Positions 11,832 to 25,138 of a stretch of 64,000 nt of DNA are shown here, in pieces. The stretch covers positions 37,703,553 through 37,767,552 of the forward strand of contig NC_092384.1 in assembly GCF_030028105.1 (NCBI RefSeq), in the 5' to 3' direction. Numbering within the stretch: the first letter of the stretch is position 1; every line of letters begins with the position of its first letter. Below the pieces are notes generated by a model. The model made no database searches. It worked only from the letters and a program-made list of their open reading frames with translations, and was not told the origin of the DNA. The stretch comes from Mobula birostris. Taxonomy: Eukaryota. The position numbers and the translations under genes were made by a program.

Positions 11832-13011
11832 AAGGGGAAATCATTCTTGACTAATCTTCTGGAATTTTTCGGGGATGTAACTATGAAAATGGACAAGGGA
11901 GAGCCAGAGGATGCAGTGTACCTGGACTTTCAGAAAGCCTTTGATAAAAAGTCCCACATAGGAGGTTAGTGGGCAAAATTAGGGCACATGGTATTTGGGG
12001 CAGAGTACTGACATGGATTGAAAATTGGCTGGCTGACAGAAAACAAAGAGTAGCGATTAATGGGTCCCTTTCGGAATGGTAGGCGGTGACCAGTGGGGTA
12101 CCGCAGCTGTTTACAATTTTTATAAATGATTTAGATTTGGGAATTAAAAGTAACATTAGCAAATTTGCCAATGACACAAAGTTGGGTGGCAGTGTGAAAT
12201 GTGAGGAGGATATTATGAGAATGCAGGGTGACTTGGACAGACTGGGTGAGTGGGCAGATGCAGTTTAATGTGGATAAATGTGAGGTTATCCACTTTGGTG
12301 GTAAGAACAGGAAGGCAGATTATTATCTAAATGGAGTCAAGTTAGGAAAAGGGGAAGTACAACGAGATCTAGGTGTTCTTGTACATCAGTCACTGAAAGC
12401 AAGCATGCAAGTACAGCAGCCTGTGAAGAAAGCTAATGGCATGCTGGCCTTCATAACAAGGAGAATTGAGTATAAGAGCAAAGAGGTCCTTCTGCAGCTG
12501 TACAGGGCCCTGGTGAGACCACACCAGGAGTACTGTGTGCAGTTTTGGTCTCCAAATTTGAGGAAGGACATTCTTGCTATTGAGGGAGTGCAGCGCAGGT
12601 TCACAAGGTTAATTCCCAAGATGGCAGGACTGTCGTATGTCGAAAGATTGGAGCGACTGGGCTTGCATACTCTGGAATTTAGAAGGCTGAGAGGGGATCT
12701 TATTGAAACATATATTATTAAGGGATTGGACACACTGGAGGCGGGAAGCATGTTCCCACTGATGGGTGAGTCCAGAACCAGAGGCCACAGTTTAAGAATA
12801 AGGGGTAGGCCATTTAGAACGGAGTTGAGGAAAAACTTTTCCACCCAGAGAGTGGTGGATATATGAAATGCTCTGCCCCAGAAGGCTGTGGAGGCCAAGT
12901 CTCTGGATGCTTTCAAGAAAGAGGTGGATAGAGCTCTTAAACATAGCAGAATCAAAGGTTATGGGGATAAGGCAGGAACTAAGTACTGATTGTGGATGAT
13001 CAGACATGATC
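11832..13011 (+). mobile_element. CR1 LINE ORF2 (RT) 3' fragment
   Basis: [26 protein letters not shown] and QLYRALVRPH.EYCVQFWSP motifs, with frameshifts. Confidence 0.9.
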
Positions 13012-14721
13012 CTCCACACTGCCAAGAGTCTTACCATTAATAGTATATTCTGCCATCATATCTGACCTACCAAAATGAACCACCTCACACTTCTCAGGGT
13101 TGAACTCCATTTGCCACTTCTCAGCCCAGTTTTGCATCCTATTGATGTCCCGCTGTAACCTGACAGCTCTCCACACTATCCACAACACCCCCAACCTTTG
13201 TTAGCAAATTTACTAACCTATCCCTCCACTTCCTCATGCAAGTCATTTATAAAAATCATGAAGAGAAGGGGTCCCAGAACAGATCCCCGAAGCACACCAC
13301 TGGTCACTGACCTCCATGCAGAATATGACCCATCTACAACCACTCCTTGCCTTCTGTAGGCAAACCAATTCTGGATCCACAAAGCAAGTTTCCCTTGGAT
13401 CCCATGCATCCTTACTTTCTCAATAAGCCTTGCATGGGGCATCTTATTAAATGCCTTGATGAAACCCATATACACTACATCTACTGCTCTACCTTCATCA
13501 ATGTGTTGAATCACATCCTCAAAAGATTCAATCAGGCTCGTAAGGCACGACCTGCCTTTGACAAAGCCATGCTGACTATTGCTGATTATATTATGTCTCT
13601 CCAAATGTTCATAAGTCCTGCCTTTCAGGATCTTCTCCATCAACTTTTTTTTTGTTGTAATTTTGTCCTCTGAAATCATCGTCGAAAATGATGCTTTTTG
13701 TCATGTTTGTACTGACCGAAATAAACTTCTTTCAGTCATTCATTCATCTTACCAATCACTGAAGTAAGACTCACTGCTTGAATAAGGGAACAACATCTGC
13801 AACCCTCCAATCCTCCAGAATCTCTCTCGTCCCCACTGATGATGCGAAGATCATTGCCAGAGGCTCAGCAATCTCCTCCCTCGCCTCCCACAATAGCCTG
13901 GGATATATCTTGTCCGGTCCCAGTGACTTATCCAACTTGATGCTTTCCAAAAGCTCCAGCAATCCTCTTTCTTAATGTCTACATGCTCAAGCTTTTCAGT
14001 CCACTATAAGTCATCTCTACAATCGCCAAGGTCCTTTTCCATAATGAATACTGAAGCAAAGTATTCATTAAGTACCTCCGCTATTTCCTCCGGTTCCATA
14101 CATACTTTTCCACTGTCATACTTGATTGGTCTTATTTTCTCACATCTTATCCTATTGTTCTTCACTTACTTGTAGAATGTCTTGGGGGTTTTCCTTAATC
14201 CTGCTTGCCAAAGCCTTCTCAAGGCCCCTTCTGGCTCTCCTAATTTCATTCTTAAGCTCCTTCCTGCTAGCCTTATAATCTTCTAGATCTCTATCATTAC
14301 CTAGTTTTTTGAACCTTTCGTAAGCTTTTCTTTTCTTCTTGACTAGAGTTTCAACAGCCTTCATACACCATGGTTCCTGTAACCTACCATCCTTTCTGTC
14401 TCATTGGAATGTACCTATGCAGAACACCACACAAATATCCCCTGAATATTTGCCACACTTCTTCCGTACATTTCCGAGAACATCTGTTCCCTATTTATGC
14501 TTCCACGTTCCTGCCTGATAACTTCATATTTCCCCTTACTCCAATTAAACGGTTTTCTAACTTGTCTGTTTCTATCCCTCTCCAATGCTATAGTAAAGGA
14601 GACAGAATTGTGATCACTATCTCCAAAATACTCTCCTACTGAGAGACCTGACACCTGGCCAGGTTCATTTCCCAATACCAGATCAAGTACAGCCTCTCCT
14701 CTTGTAGGCTTATCTACACAT
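13012..14721 (-). mobile_element. CR1 LINE ORF2 fragment (endonuclease end to RT)
   Basis: PTRGEAVLDLVLGNEPGQV, GDSDHNSV and [13 protein letters not shown] motifs in several broken ORFs. Confidence 0.9.
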
Positions 14722-15482
14722 TCTAAATTATTCAATCCTAAATTTCAACAGTACCTTTCTAGTGACATCATTTCTCTTTACCCTCATAGCACACAGTCTG
14801 GATTCACCCTTCATCATATCCTAGCCTAGCCTCCTCAATGATACTGTACTGCCCTAGACAAGGGTCAGTTCTATCTCTGCAACACAAATGTCATGGCAAT
14901 ATTATGCGCATCCTAGTTCATTGATTGTTTCTTTGAATCTTGTTCACCGTTGATCATTTTTGATGTCTTTCCTAGTGATTATTTTAAGAATGATTTCACC
15001 ACTGCCCAACTGCAATGAATCATCTACAGAACTTGATAAGGCTCACTACGCATAGATCTCCTTCATTCGTCTAATGCAAACAGTAACTGCCATGATATTC
15101 TAACGTTTTGTATTCCTTTTTCATTTTACCCATAACTTAAAATGGCTTTCGTTCTCAACATCAAATCCAAATCTAAAAGTTATATTGAATGAAATACAGA
15201 CCCCAAGCTCAGCACTTTTCGTTAACACTTTTTGCCATGCCTTCCGGTACCGTGTCTGGGCGTTCCCCGGTGAGTATTATCTTATTTACCATTCAGAGCT
15301 GCAGAAAGCTTAACAATTTTCCTGAAAAAAACATTTGCTTGCTGTCTGTTGATTCCTGCTTACGCGCAAGGATGGAAGATGACAGTGAACAAATTGAACT
15401 TTGAAATGAACGAGGTGAAAAAATAAACTTTATAGACTAGGAAACCCTGTTTAAATTATAGGGATACAATTTCTAAACTTAC

Positions 15483-15620
15483 TTTCTCAAGTAATTCCCC
15501 GGCTGGCGAGGAAACCTCTCCATCCACCTCCTCCTCCTCTTCCAGCCCTCCGATGTTATTCGATTGCCCTATTGGGGAAAAATGCGGCCGGGCAAATTTG
15601 TTGGTTTTCCTTTTGCCCAT
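15483..15620 (-). CDS. HEATR3: HEATR3 exon 1 (start codon)
   Basis: 138 nt; encodes MGKRKTNKFARPHFSPIG...PAGELLEK then |gtaagt; matches human MGKSRTKRFKRPQFSP...AELLEK. Confidence 0.95.
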
Positions 15621-16000
15621 CGTCTCGGTCCCTGCCGACGCTGGCACCTGGAAAAAGGACGCACAGCTCGGCCGAACCGCTATACAATGCGGATAGCCCG
15701 ATCAGAGACCATGTCGGCGCCGGCAGCCGCCAGGACATGCAATCCCAAACGCGTCACTACCGGGGAGGAGAAAAAGGGCGAAAGAAACAGTTTGTTTTAT
15801 AAAGCTGGCATGGTTTTCCTGTCGATAAAGTTCACAATAAAGCGACCTTACCGAGCCAGTGTATGGATAAGTTCTGACAGGTCACAACACAGTGTCTGTT
15901 ATGGAAGAAAATTACTTTCAAACCAAGAAGCAATGCGATCCGGATGTGGTTTTAAAGCGAGGCTTCTCCCTCCCATGCCGGATCCCCATGCAGAAATCAG
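15621..16000 (-). promoter_or_regulatory. HEATR3 CpG-rich 5'UTR/promoter
   Basis: Local GC and CpG enrichment directly upstream of the ATG. Confidence 0.65.
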
Positions 16001-16289
16001 ATAGAAAGTACTTTTATCACCTTACCGTAGGTTAAATAACGGTGTTCCAGGTCTAAATCAATGGAATTAGGTATGATAAATTTGTTAGGAATATGATCAC
16101 ATTACCAAATTATGAATAAGCAAGCGGATTGTGCCCAAGGAGCGGGTTTACAATTTTCTCTTCCCAATTCCATCAGGTGGAATGGGGTAAAATGAAATAA
16201 AGACAAAAACACTGAATGATGGCGACAGTTCTCAGCATTTGACATTAAGTATTTACTATCATCGCACTTTGATAATCGTTACCTTGGCC

Positions 16290-16956
16290 TCATCACCATC
16301 TGGCATGGGGGCGGGGGTGGGGAAGACACTGCTCAGCATCGAAATAAGCTGCAGGAAGTTGTGAACTCAGTCAGCTCCATCGCGGGCAGGAGCCTCCTCA
16401 GCATCCAGGACACCTTCAAGGACCGATGCCTCAAAAAGGCGGCATCAATCATTACGGACACCATCACCCAGGTCCATAGCTTGTCCGAATTGCTACCATC
16501 AGGGAGGAGGCACAGCAGCTGAAGGCAAACACTCAATGATTCAGGAATAGCTTCGTCCCCTCTGCCATCAGATTTCTGAATGAACAGTGAAGCCATGAAT
16601 ACTACCTCTTCTTTTCCACTACTGCACTTACTTAATTTAACATTATATACGTGGAATGGGCTACCGGCAACAGCGGTGGAGGCAGATACGATAGGGTCCT
16701 TTAAGAGACTCTTGGATAGGTACACGGAGGTAAGAAAAATATAGGGCTACGGGTAAGCCTAGTAATTTCTAAGGTATCATCGGACTTTGATAATCGTTTG
16801 GCACAACTTTGTGGGCCGAAGGGCCTGTATTGTGCTGTAGGTTTTCTATATACTTCTTACTGCAATTTACAATTTACATTATGTATTGCAAAGTACTACT
16901 GCCACATAACGACAAATTTCATGACATATGCCAGTGATATTAAGCCTGATTCTGAT
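16290..16956 (+). mobile_element. Rex/Babar-like LINE 3' end with a nested CR1 3' fragment (16651-16846)
   Basis: LINE tail CCTGATTCTGAT; the CR1 piece is flanked by TATATAC at 16644-16650 and 16847-16853. Confidence 0.75.
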
Positions 16957-18634
16957 CTATAAGACAGTCATTATGTGACAAAGGGAAATGGTGGTTAACA
17001 AATCAGGTAAAGATTTCAGTAGGGTAAGTGGGGAATCAATTGCAGAGGTATATCTAGATTTTCTAAAGGCACTTGAAAAATGACAGCACAAAAGAATACA
17101 AGGGGATTAATGACTGGGAGACTCTATCACCTTGGCTAATAGAGTCATGAAAAAGGTTAAAAAAAAATCAAAGGATCATTTGAGGTTGGCATGTTTGTGC
17201 CACACATTTTTTTTATTTGCATCAGCCAGATATAGGGATGGCAGGCTGGCATTGCAGGTAGTGAAGCTATCACTGGTCTGGGGCCCATTCTGACTTCAGG
17301 TACCTTATACTTGGAGTTTGCATTATTGAAGATTAGGATCAGCAGTCTTCAGAGCATAGCTTTGAAAGGAGAACCTACAAAAATTAACCAGGTGCTTTCC
17401 AATTCAAAGCTAACTATAGGAAATACTGCACTACATGGAATACTGTAGGAAACGCAAGCAATACTCCCACCTTTGTTAGTTGCCTCGCTTCAGAAAATTG
17501 CCATTTCACAAGTCCTTCCTACCTCAGCTGGTTTGATAACAGTGAAATGCTGCTTGTTAACCTTTGGGAGGGAATGATACTTAAATGATTACATGTCGGT
17601 CTGAGGTCAATGGTAGCATAACCCTCAACATCTGCTCCAACTCATCCTTCCAGCCTACATGAACATACAAGTTAGTCTTTTCTGGTAGTGAAAAAAAAAG
17701 ACTAAATTAAAATTTAAACATATGAACAGGTCTCCAGTGGTGGTGTGGCCAGCATAAATCGCAAGTGATAGTAAAAGTATAATATAACTTTGCTACTTCA
17801 CAGACATGAAATAGACAATACTGACAACCACTTTTATAACTTGGGAATTGAAGGGAAATGACTGCATACCAAGCTCTTTGTTCTTATGTAAACATTTTTC
17901 TGTAAGAGTCTACAGATGGCAAAATTATTTCCTGCTGACCTTCAGAAACTTGAAATTAATTGCAATAACCAGAATCAGACTATGCTGACATCAGCAGATT
18001 CATTAATAATACAGCATAGTTAATGCAACATTCTTTGCATGTTTGACACAACACCAATCATTGTACTTATATACTTCAGATCTTTTTCTAGTAAGAGCGT
18101 TAAGAATGATAGAGTTACTAGGAGCATATACTCCATATCCGTGTATACAAATTTCATTGTCATCCTTGGTCTCACCATTGCCTTTTAAAATTGAGATCCC
18201 AAATAAATAATCTCCAGAGTTTCTTTTGCAAATGTCTAGTTACAACTCAAATTTTATTTGCATTTAGTCTTCAGTCACATCATGTCTGCTACCCAAATCT
18301 TTAAAATAGTAATTTTGTTCATTATGCCCAAACTTCAGAGTATATTTCTAAAGGGTACATCTACTTTTTTGAAGAAATTTGTCTAGTAAGACATCTCACA
18401 TCAGGTGCCTTTGATGAAATCCCAAGTAAGAGGTCAACATTTTAGAGCAAGTGGCATGCCATTCTTCATGCCCAATGGGAGACAAGTCTGTCTTTTCCAC
18501 AAAAGTATTAGGCAAGCTACTTGCCATTTTACATCTTAAAATATTCAAATCCTATCCCTTGGTATCTGACATATTAGATGCATGATCAACTCACACTACT
18601 CACAACATGTTTCCAAAAAATTCCATACAAATTG

Positions 18635-18640
18635 TTTATT
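18635..18640 (-). terminator. Candidate CNEP1R1 polyadenylation signal
   Basis: AATAAA on the minus strand about 900 nt after the stop codon, followed by GU/U-rich sequence. Confidence 0.5.
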
Positions 18641-19534
18641 GCTATGTACAGAGGCCTACAAAACTCGTGGGCCAAAATGGTCTTACAAAGTTGTGATGCT
18701 TTTAAAATGTAAAAATTTATATCTTCAAGTTATTTAAAATGCAACGTGGTAACTGTAGAACACACATTTTAGAATAGCAAAACAAGAGAAAATGAACAAA
18801 TGCAAGTATGAAAGAGTTCATTTCTACCTATTTTATACAATTTTTCACAATTAAGTAAAATTTGAATCTTCATATGCAATAGTTTGCCAAACATTAGTCT
18901 CTTCCTATGAATATTACACAATTTAACACATCAAAAAGCCACCCAAAGTACTGGTAGTCCATTTATAATTTGTCTCCAGTCTGAATGGAATAAGAAGTCT
19001 GATGTTTCATAATACATCATAATAATGAAACATAAAAAGCAATATTCACATAACTTATATGAAAGAAATATCTGCAGAGCAAAAACAACAGACTGGAAGC
19101 ATAAAGGCGTGCAACAATAATTTAGCAATCACATCAGAATAGTTCCTGATACAGTTCAGCCCAATTCTCTGTGAGAACAGTCCATAGCTTTTACATCGTT
19201 GATGTTAATTATATGAATATCGGTGATAAAATGAGCAATTCAACTTATAAATGATACAAAAATCTATAACTTCTTAATAAATTAAAGTGACTAAGCAATA
19301 TTTAAATACTTCCCAAATAGAATTTTCTATCGAGTTACCTAAAACTACCTGCCAGCTGCAATGCTAGATTCATAAAATCCACCTTTGTTGCTGAGCATTT
19401 TTCTGTCTAGGGAACTTTGAGCTGAAATATTGATGTTGACCCCAGAAGAAGCACTGCTTTCATGAATTTGTGCATTTGAGGGTACTTTCACCTTTTCACA
19501 AAGACATTGTATTTTCACTGGAGTCAGTAGGGTG

Positions 19535-19576
19535 TCATTGAACATGAGGTCTGGGCTTCAATATTAGTTTCCCAGT
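19535..19576 (-). CDS. CNEP1R1: CNEP1R1 exon 6 (stop codon)
   Basis: tag|ACTGGG...; encodes TGKLILKPRPHVQ*. Confidence 0.96.
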   Translation of the reverse strand, partial: TGKLILKPRPHVQ

Positions 19577-20434
19577 CTAGAAAGGGGAAAAAAAAGATAA
19601 AAATGATTAAAGTGAAAAACAATGAATTGGATTTCCAGAAAAAAGTGCCATACACTTGTACAGTATATACTGTAAAAATATATAACATTTACTGCAGAAT
19701 GAAAATTTAAAACAGGACCTGGACTCAATACCTAGATAATGCAGGTCTATGTCATCATACAGTAAAAAAAAGCTTTATGAAAGAAGTCTGAAATCAACTG
19801 ATGCTACACTCACATGAAAATGCCAGAAGCATATCTGTCATATTTACTCAAAGGTTGCTTAAACTGTCCACAATAAATGTAAAAAAACTTGTGGATTCAT
19901 TTAATTTTTTTAAACTTATTTGAATGGAACCCAACAACTCTTGCTAGAGTCTCAAGCTCCTCTTGCTAGACATGACCAAATATTCAGTTGTTGCTTGCTA
20001 AGTTTTTGGGTGCTGATTTCACAGGACTTGAAATAAAATAAATCTACGTAAAAACCACAACACAGACAACATCAAGAGGAAAGGATAAAACTGCTTCCTT
20101 TCTTCAATCTAAGGAACAGACTTATTATCCTGCAATAAAGTGACAGAGACAGTAAACATCACAGATCATATAAAAAGCAATGCTACAGTGGAATTCTTTG
20201 AGGGATTAGGAGTACAAGAGTAAAATGTCTTGCTGAGATTGTACATGCCTTTGGTAAAAGTTCATTTGGAGTACTATGGAAAGTCAGCAGTTGTTGATTT
20301 ACTAGTTTAATTCCTATGACTTGAACTAAACTACTGACAGGTAATCTCAGCAATGTTTAAGATTCTGAGAGGTTCAAGAGCTGAAAGGTAATGATACAGC
20401 TATAGAGGACCCTGGTCATACTCCACTTGGAGTA

Positions 20435-22038
20435 CAGCTGTGTCCTGCTTTTCGAACGTTCACTTTACGAAACCTCACTGTTATGAAAGACTTACATTAG
20501 TTACCTGTTTTCGCTAACAGAAGGTGTTTTCACTGTTACGAAAAAAGGCAGCGCGCACCCCGAGCAGCCAAGCTCCTCCCCCGGAACTGCATTCTAGCTG
20601 ACATTGCTTAAACACATGCCTGTGAGCATCTGTGCTTTACCTCGATTTATTTTGAGCATCCGTTACCAAGGTGAGTTCTAAGGTATCGGAAAAGCCTAAA
20701 AGAGCTCGTAAGGGTGTTACACTTAGCATAAAACTGGACATAATTAAGCATTTCGATCGTGGTGAACAAAGTAAGGACAAAGTGAGTTTGGCTTATGGAG
20801 GTTGACGAAGATGATGTTGAAGAGGTTTTGGCATTCCATGACCAAGAACTGATAGGTGAAGAGCTGATGCAATTGGAAGAGGAAAGGATAACAATCGAAA
20901 CTGAATGCAGTAGCGAACGGACCGAAAGTGAAGACGTCCAGGAACTGAATGTGAAGCAACTGCGTGAGATTTTCGCTGCAATGATTGAAGAAAAGTATGA
21001 CTTTAATTTTGGAAGGGTACGTAGCTTTAGGGCATATTTGCAGGATGGTTTGAGTGCTTACAAAGAACTGTATGACATAAAAATGCGCAAGGCTAAGCAG
21101 TCAAGCATACTGTTGGTTTTCAAGCCACAGAAGACAACGAACCTCGACCTTTGACATCGAGGCAGGCAGACATAGAAGAAGATGACCTGCCTGCCCTGAT
21201 GGAAACAGACGACGATGAGATGACACCCCAGTATCCCACCACCCCAACCTCCAGGCCGCAGACCGATACCGGACTGCGAAGCATGCAGTGGTAGCCGGGA
21301 CGCACCCAGCACACCTTTTAAAAAAAAAAGCCGAAATAAACAAGCTAATTAATTAGGTGCCGCCCGGCATGTAAATATTGGCCCAGATCAGAGGTGATTT
21401 GGACTGGGCCGATATTTACGTGCCGGGCAGCACCTAATTAATTAGCTTGTTTATTTCGGCTTTTTTCTTAAAGATGTGCTGGGTGCGTCCCAGCCACCGC
21501 TACACCGCTGCATTCTTCGCGGATCAGTATCGGTCGGGGACCACTGCACCACCCCAACCTCCAACAACTCAGCCTAACGCACCATCATCAGTGTGCTCGG
21601 CGCTGTCTTCCCGATTCTGGTAAGTGATACTACACTGTACATACATTATTTCTACTTTATATAGGCTGTGTATTTTTATGTGTTATTTGGTATGATTTGG
21701 CAGCTTCATAGCTTAAAGGTTACTGGAGAGAGTTTTTGCCAAGAGCGCTTGCGTGAGATTTTCACTATGGTGGCCAGTGCGGCAATGATTGTAGAAAAGT
21801 ATTTCTACTTTATATAGGCTGTGTATTTATCACATCATTCCCGCTTTTACTATATATTACTGTTATTTTAGGTTTTATGTGTTATTTGGCATGATTTGGT
21901 AGGTTATTTTTTGGGTCTGCGAATGCTCACAAATTTTTCCCATATAAGTAAATGGTAATTGCTTCTTCACTTTACAACATTCCGGCTTACGAACCGTTTC
22001 ATAGGAACGCTCTAGTTTCGGATGGCAGGGGAAACCTG
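20435..22038 (+). mobile_element. Tigger-type DNA transposon derivative inserted in a CR1
   Basis: TA|CAG...CTG|TA ends interrupt the CR1 LEY|CTQFWSP sequence; ORF 20795..21154 resembles a Tigger C-terminal region; contains an internal palindrome. Confidence 0.75.
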
Positions 22039-22565
22039 TACTGTACTCAGTTCTGGTCACCTCACTGCAGAAAGGACCTGGAAGCTATGGAAAGGGTGCA
22101 GAGGAGACTTACAAGGATGTTGCCTGGATTGACGAGCATGCTTTATGAGAATAGGTTGAGTGAACCTGGCCTTTTCTCCTTGGAGCGACCGAGGATGACA
22201 GGTGACCTGATAGAGGTGTATAAGATGATTAGAGGCATTGATTGTGTGGATAGTTAGAGGCTTTTTCCCAGGGCTGAATTGGCTAGCACGAGAGGGCACG
22301 GTTTTAAGGTGTTTGGAAGTAGGTACAGACATATCAGAGGTATGTTTCTTTTTAATGCAGAGAGTTGTGAGTGGATGGAATGGGTTGCCGGCAACGGTGG
22401 TGGAGACAGATATAATAGGGCCTTTTAAGATGCTCTTGGATAGGTACATGGATCTTAGAAAAATAGAGGACTATGGGTAACCCTAGGTAATTTCTAAAGT
22501 AGATGTTCGGCACAGCATTATGGGCCAAAGGGCCTGTATAGTGCTGTAGGTTTTCTATGTTTCTA
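22039..22565 (+). mobile_element. CR1 LINE 3' end
   Basis: QFWSPHCRKDLEAMERVQRRLTRMLPG and GDLIEVYKMIRG motifs with a TTCTATGT tail. Confidence 0.88.
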
Positions 22566-23194
22566 TTCTGAGAGAATCTGACAATGGATGGCAGGAAACT
22601 CATTTACTTTATCTGAAAAATCTACAAATAAGGGAATGGTCTCAGGGTAATTGATCAGCCATTCACGGGAAAGATGAGGCAATAGTTTTTAAACAGGGAA
22701 TGAGAATTCTGCAAAACTCTCCACCCAAGATGGCTTTTGTTTCTCATTCATAGAGTCTATGCAAGATCAGAAAGATATTTTTACTGATATTAGGGGAAAT
22801 CAGAGGATATGGTGGGATCATTTACAAAAGGGGATGATGCAAAAGCATAAATCATGATCTGATATAGTGTTGAAAAGCTGCAATACTTCTAATTCCAATT
22901 TTCAGTCATTCACCTGTTGCTTAAGTGATTTTCTAATCAGTGTCTAATTCGTTATAAGCATCAGTTTAGGCACATTTCCGCAAAACTCAGAAGGCTGGTA
23001 CCATAGCTATGCATACCAAATTGAGAATTTGTGTATTTTTTCACATAAAGACAGAAGCAACTGATGGACATCTGTGAAAATGGAACCCATTCATTACTCG
23101 TGGATAGCTGTACTTGATTTAGAACAACATTTAAAATCCAAGAATTAGTTATGCACTTTTTCTTGGTTTTCTGTAACTGAAAACAGATACTCAC

Positions 23195-23249
23195 ATCATC
23201 ACAAGACATATTGTATTCTGCCAAAACAGTTCGACATCTTGCGGCAATG
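23195..23249 (-). CDS. CNEP1R1: CNEP1R1 exon 5
   Basis: 55 nt; encodes IAARCRTVLAEYNMSCDD then |gtgagt. Confidence 0.96.
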
Positions 23250-23616
23250 CTGAAAGCAAATGTGGTAAAAGAAATAACAATTCCAATCAAAATTAGTTAG
23301 TTACAGAATAGTTCACATTCCTTGGGAAGTACCATGCAAAAAGTACAAATACTGCAGATAATGTTCTCAACTCATCCAAAAGTATAGTAAAATCTAATTA
23401 ATACAACCACAAAGACTGTTAACTTCTAGTATGTTCTGTATTGGTTAAATAATTGCACACCCTTAATATTACAAAATATTGATGCTCAAAAAAGATGAGG
23501 CTTATTTTCACAAAAAAATCAATTTAAAAAGGTAAGTTTTAATTACATATATCAAACACCTCCTTGTTTCTGCAAATCTTATCACTAACAATTTGAACAG
23601 TTCACACAAAGGATAC
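23250..23616 (-). other. U12-type (minor spliceosome) GT-AG intron of CNEP1R1
   Basis: 5' splice site GTATCCTTT; branch-like TTTCTTTTAC with its A about 16 nt before the AG. Confidence 0.85.
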
Positions 23617-23726
23617 ATTGACGGTGCAACCACTCTTTTATGTATTCCAGCAAAGAACAAACCAATTAGAGTTATACAGCTGATTGTGAAGAATGGATGA
23701 TTCCATAGTGATGTGAAAAATGATAC
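23617..23726 (-). CDS. CNEP1R1: CNEP1R1 exon 4
   Basis: 110 nt; encodes [36 protein letters not shown]. Confidence 0.96.
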
Positions 23727-24564
23727 CTAAAATGACAAAGAAACAACTGAATAATTTTAAACTATTTGAGCAGATAAAAATTAACTAACGTGTGTTAAAA
23801 AGACTCCAATTTTCTGAATTGTCAGCAACATTAATATCAATGAAGAACAACTCACCTACATATTAACTTCATTTTAAAATTTTGCTGTGATTGGAAAGAG
23901 AAAGACTGAGCTTTCAAAATGTTTTACAATAAGACTCAAGTGGAATAACTGTCTGGTTGCAAATTTTCTTTGAAATAATCAGCTTTAATTCTTTACTGCA
24001 TAATCTTAATCATAGGAACAGCCAGTAAGTAAGTTAATTGTCAGGTTCAAGCCCAGTAAAATGTGAAGATTGCTTGATCATCAGTTTAGAATCATATTTC
24101 AAATACAAATCCCTAAATAGGTACATTTTCTTGAGTCTAATTGCAAATTTATAATGAGGGCATTAAAATTTTCATGACATTGAGCACAAGGCAATTTCTA
24201 AATTCTGACTGTTTGAAATCAATGTTCATAGCTTTGCAATCTCAATCCTGCCATAACAGAGTTACCTACAAGTTACTGGTATTTTTAAAACCTGAACAAT
24301 CACCTCTCAATATTTTGATAATAGCATTTCATAAAAATTATTTGAATTTTAATTTGTCCATTTTGGGTGGATTCAGCTACAACTTTTGAAGAGATTCTCC
24401 TCACCATTAAGCCATTCATGTGTCAGTTATGCAGGAATGCTAGGTAGAAAATAGCTTTCCTGCATTTTTTGATAATGAATTCACTAAAGCATGGTAGGAA
24501 AGGAAAGCAATTGCTCTCTACAAAATGTTTTGAGAATTATATAAAAGTAAAAGCTTAAAATTAC

Positions 24565-24638
24565 CTTTTGTGTTTCAGGATCTATTAACCAGTTCCAAGC
24601 ACCTGTGGCTGTACATACTGAAACTACTATAAGAATCA
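24565..24638 (-). CDS. CNEP1R1: CNEP1R1 exon 3
   Basis: 74 nt; encodes [25 protein letters not shown]. Confidence 0.96.
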
Positions 24639-24931
24639 CTGCAAGTAAAGGGTAGAATACAAATTACTGAATTTTAAATGGAAATGATTCACAAAAATGA
24701 TTAATGTATATGAAGAGAGTAAATTTAGAAATATGCATTAGCTATTTCAATACACCTCAAAACATATTAGAGTCCAGCTTTCAGTGAATTCAATTCAGTC
24801 CATACGTGATCAGGGAAAGGGCAACAGCAAGAGCACAGAATACAATAAAGTCAGTGTGTTTTGACAACATCATGCCTGTAGTAATTCTATCCCAACCAAG
24901 CTGTTCAATTCTGGCTAAGCACTGCTCTAAG

Positions 24932-25138
24932 AAGAGAAAATCTGCAGATGCTGGAAATCCAAGCAACACACACAAAATACTGGAAGAACTTAGCAGGCCA
25001 GGCAACATCTATAGAAAAAAGTACTGTCGACATTTCGGGCTGAAACCCTTCAGGACTTTTGGCCCAAAACATCGACTGTACTTTTTCGATAGATGCTGCC
25101 TGGGCTTTGGAGTTCCTCCAGCATTGTGTGTGTGTTAT
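24932..25138. mobile_element. Penelope-type inverted-repeat fragment
   Basis: TCTGCAGATGCTGGAAATCC...AGCAGGCCAGGCAACATC family as a fold-back. Related copies at about 26483-26675, 27797-27927, 48348-48520, 49660-49795, 51178-51290, 53530-53612 and 57610-57716. Confidence 0.6.
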
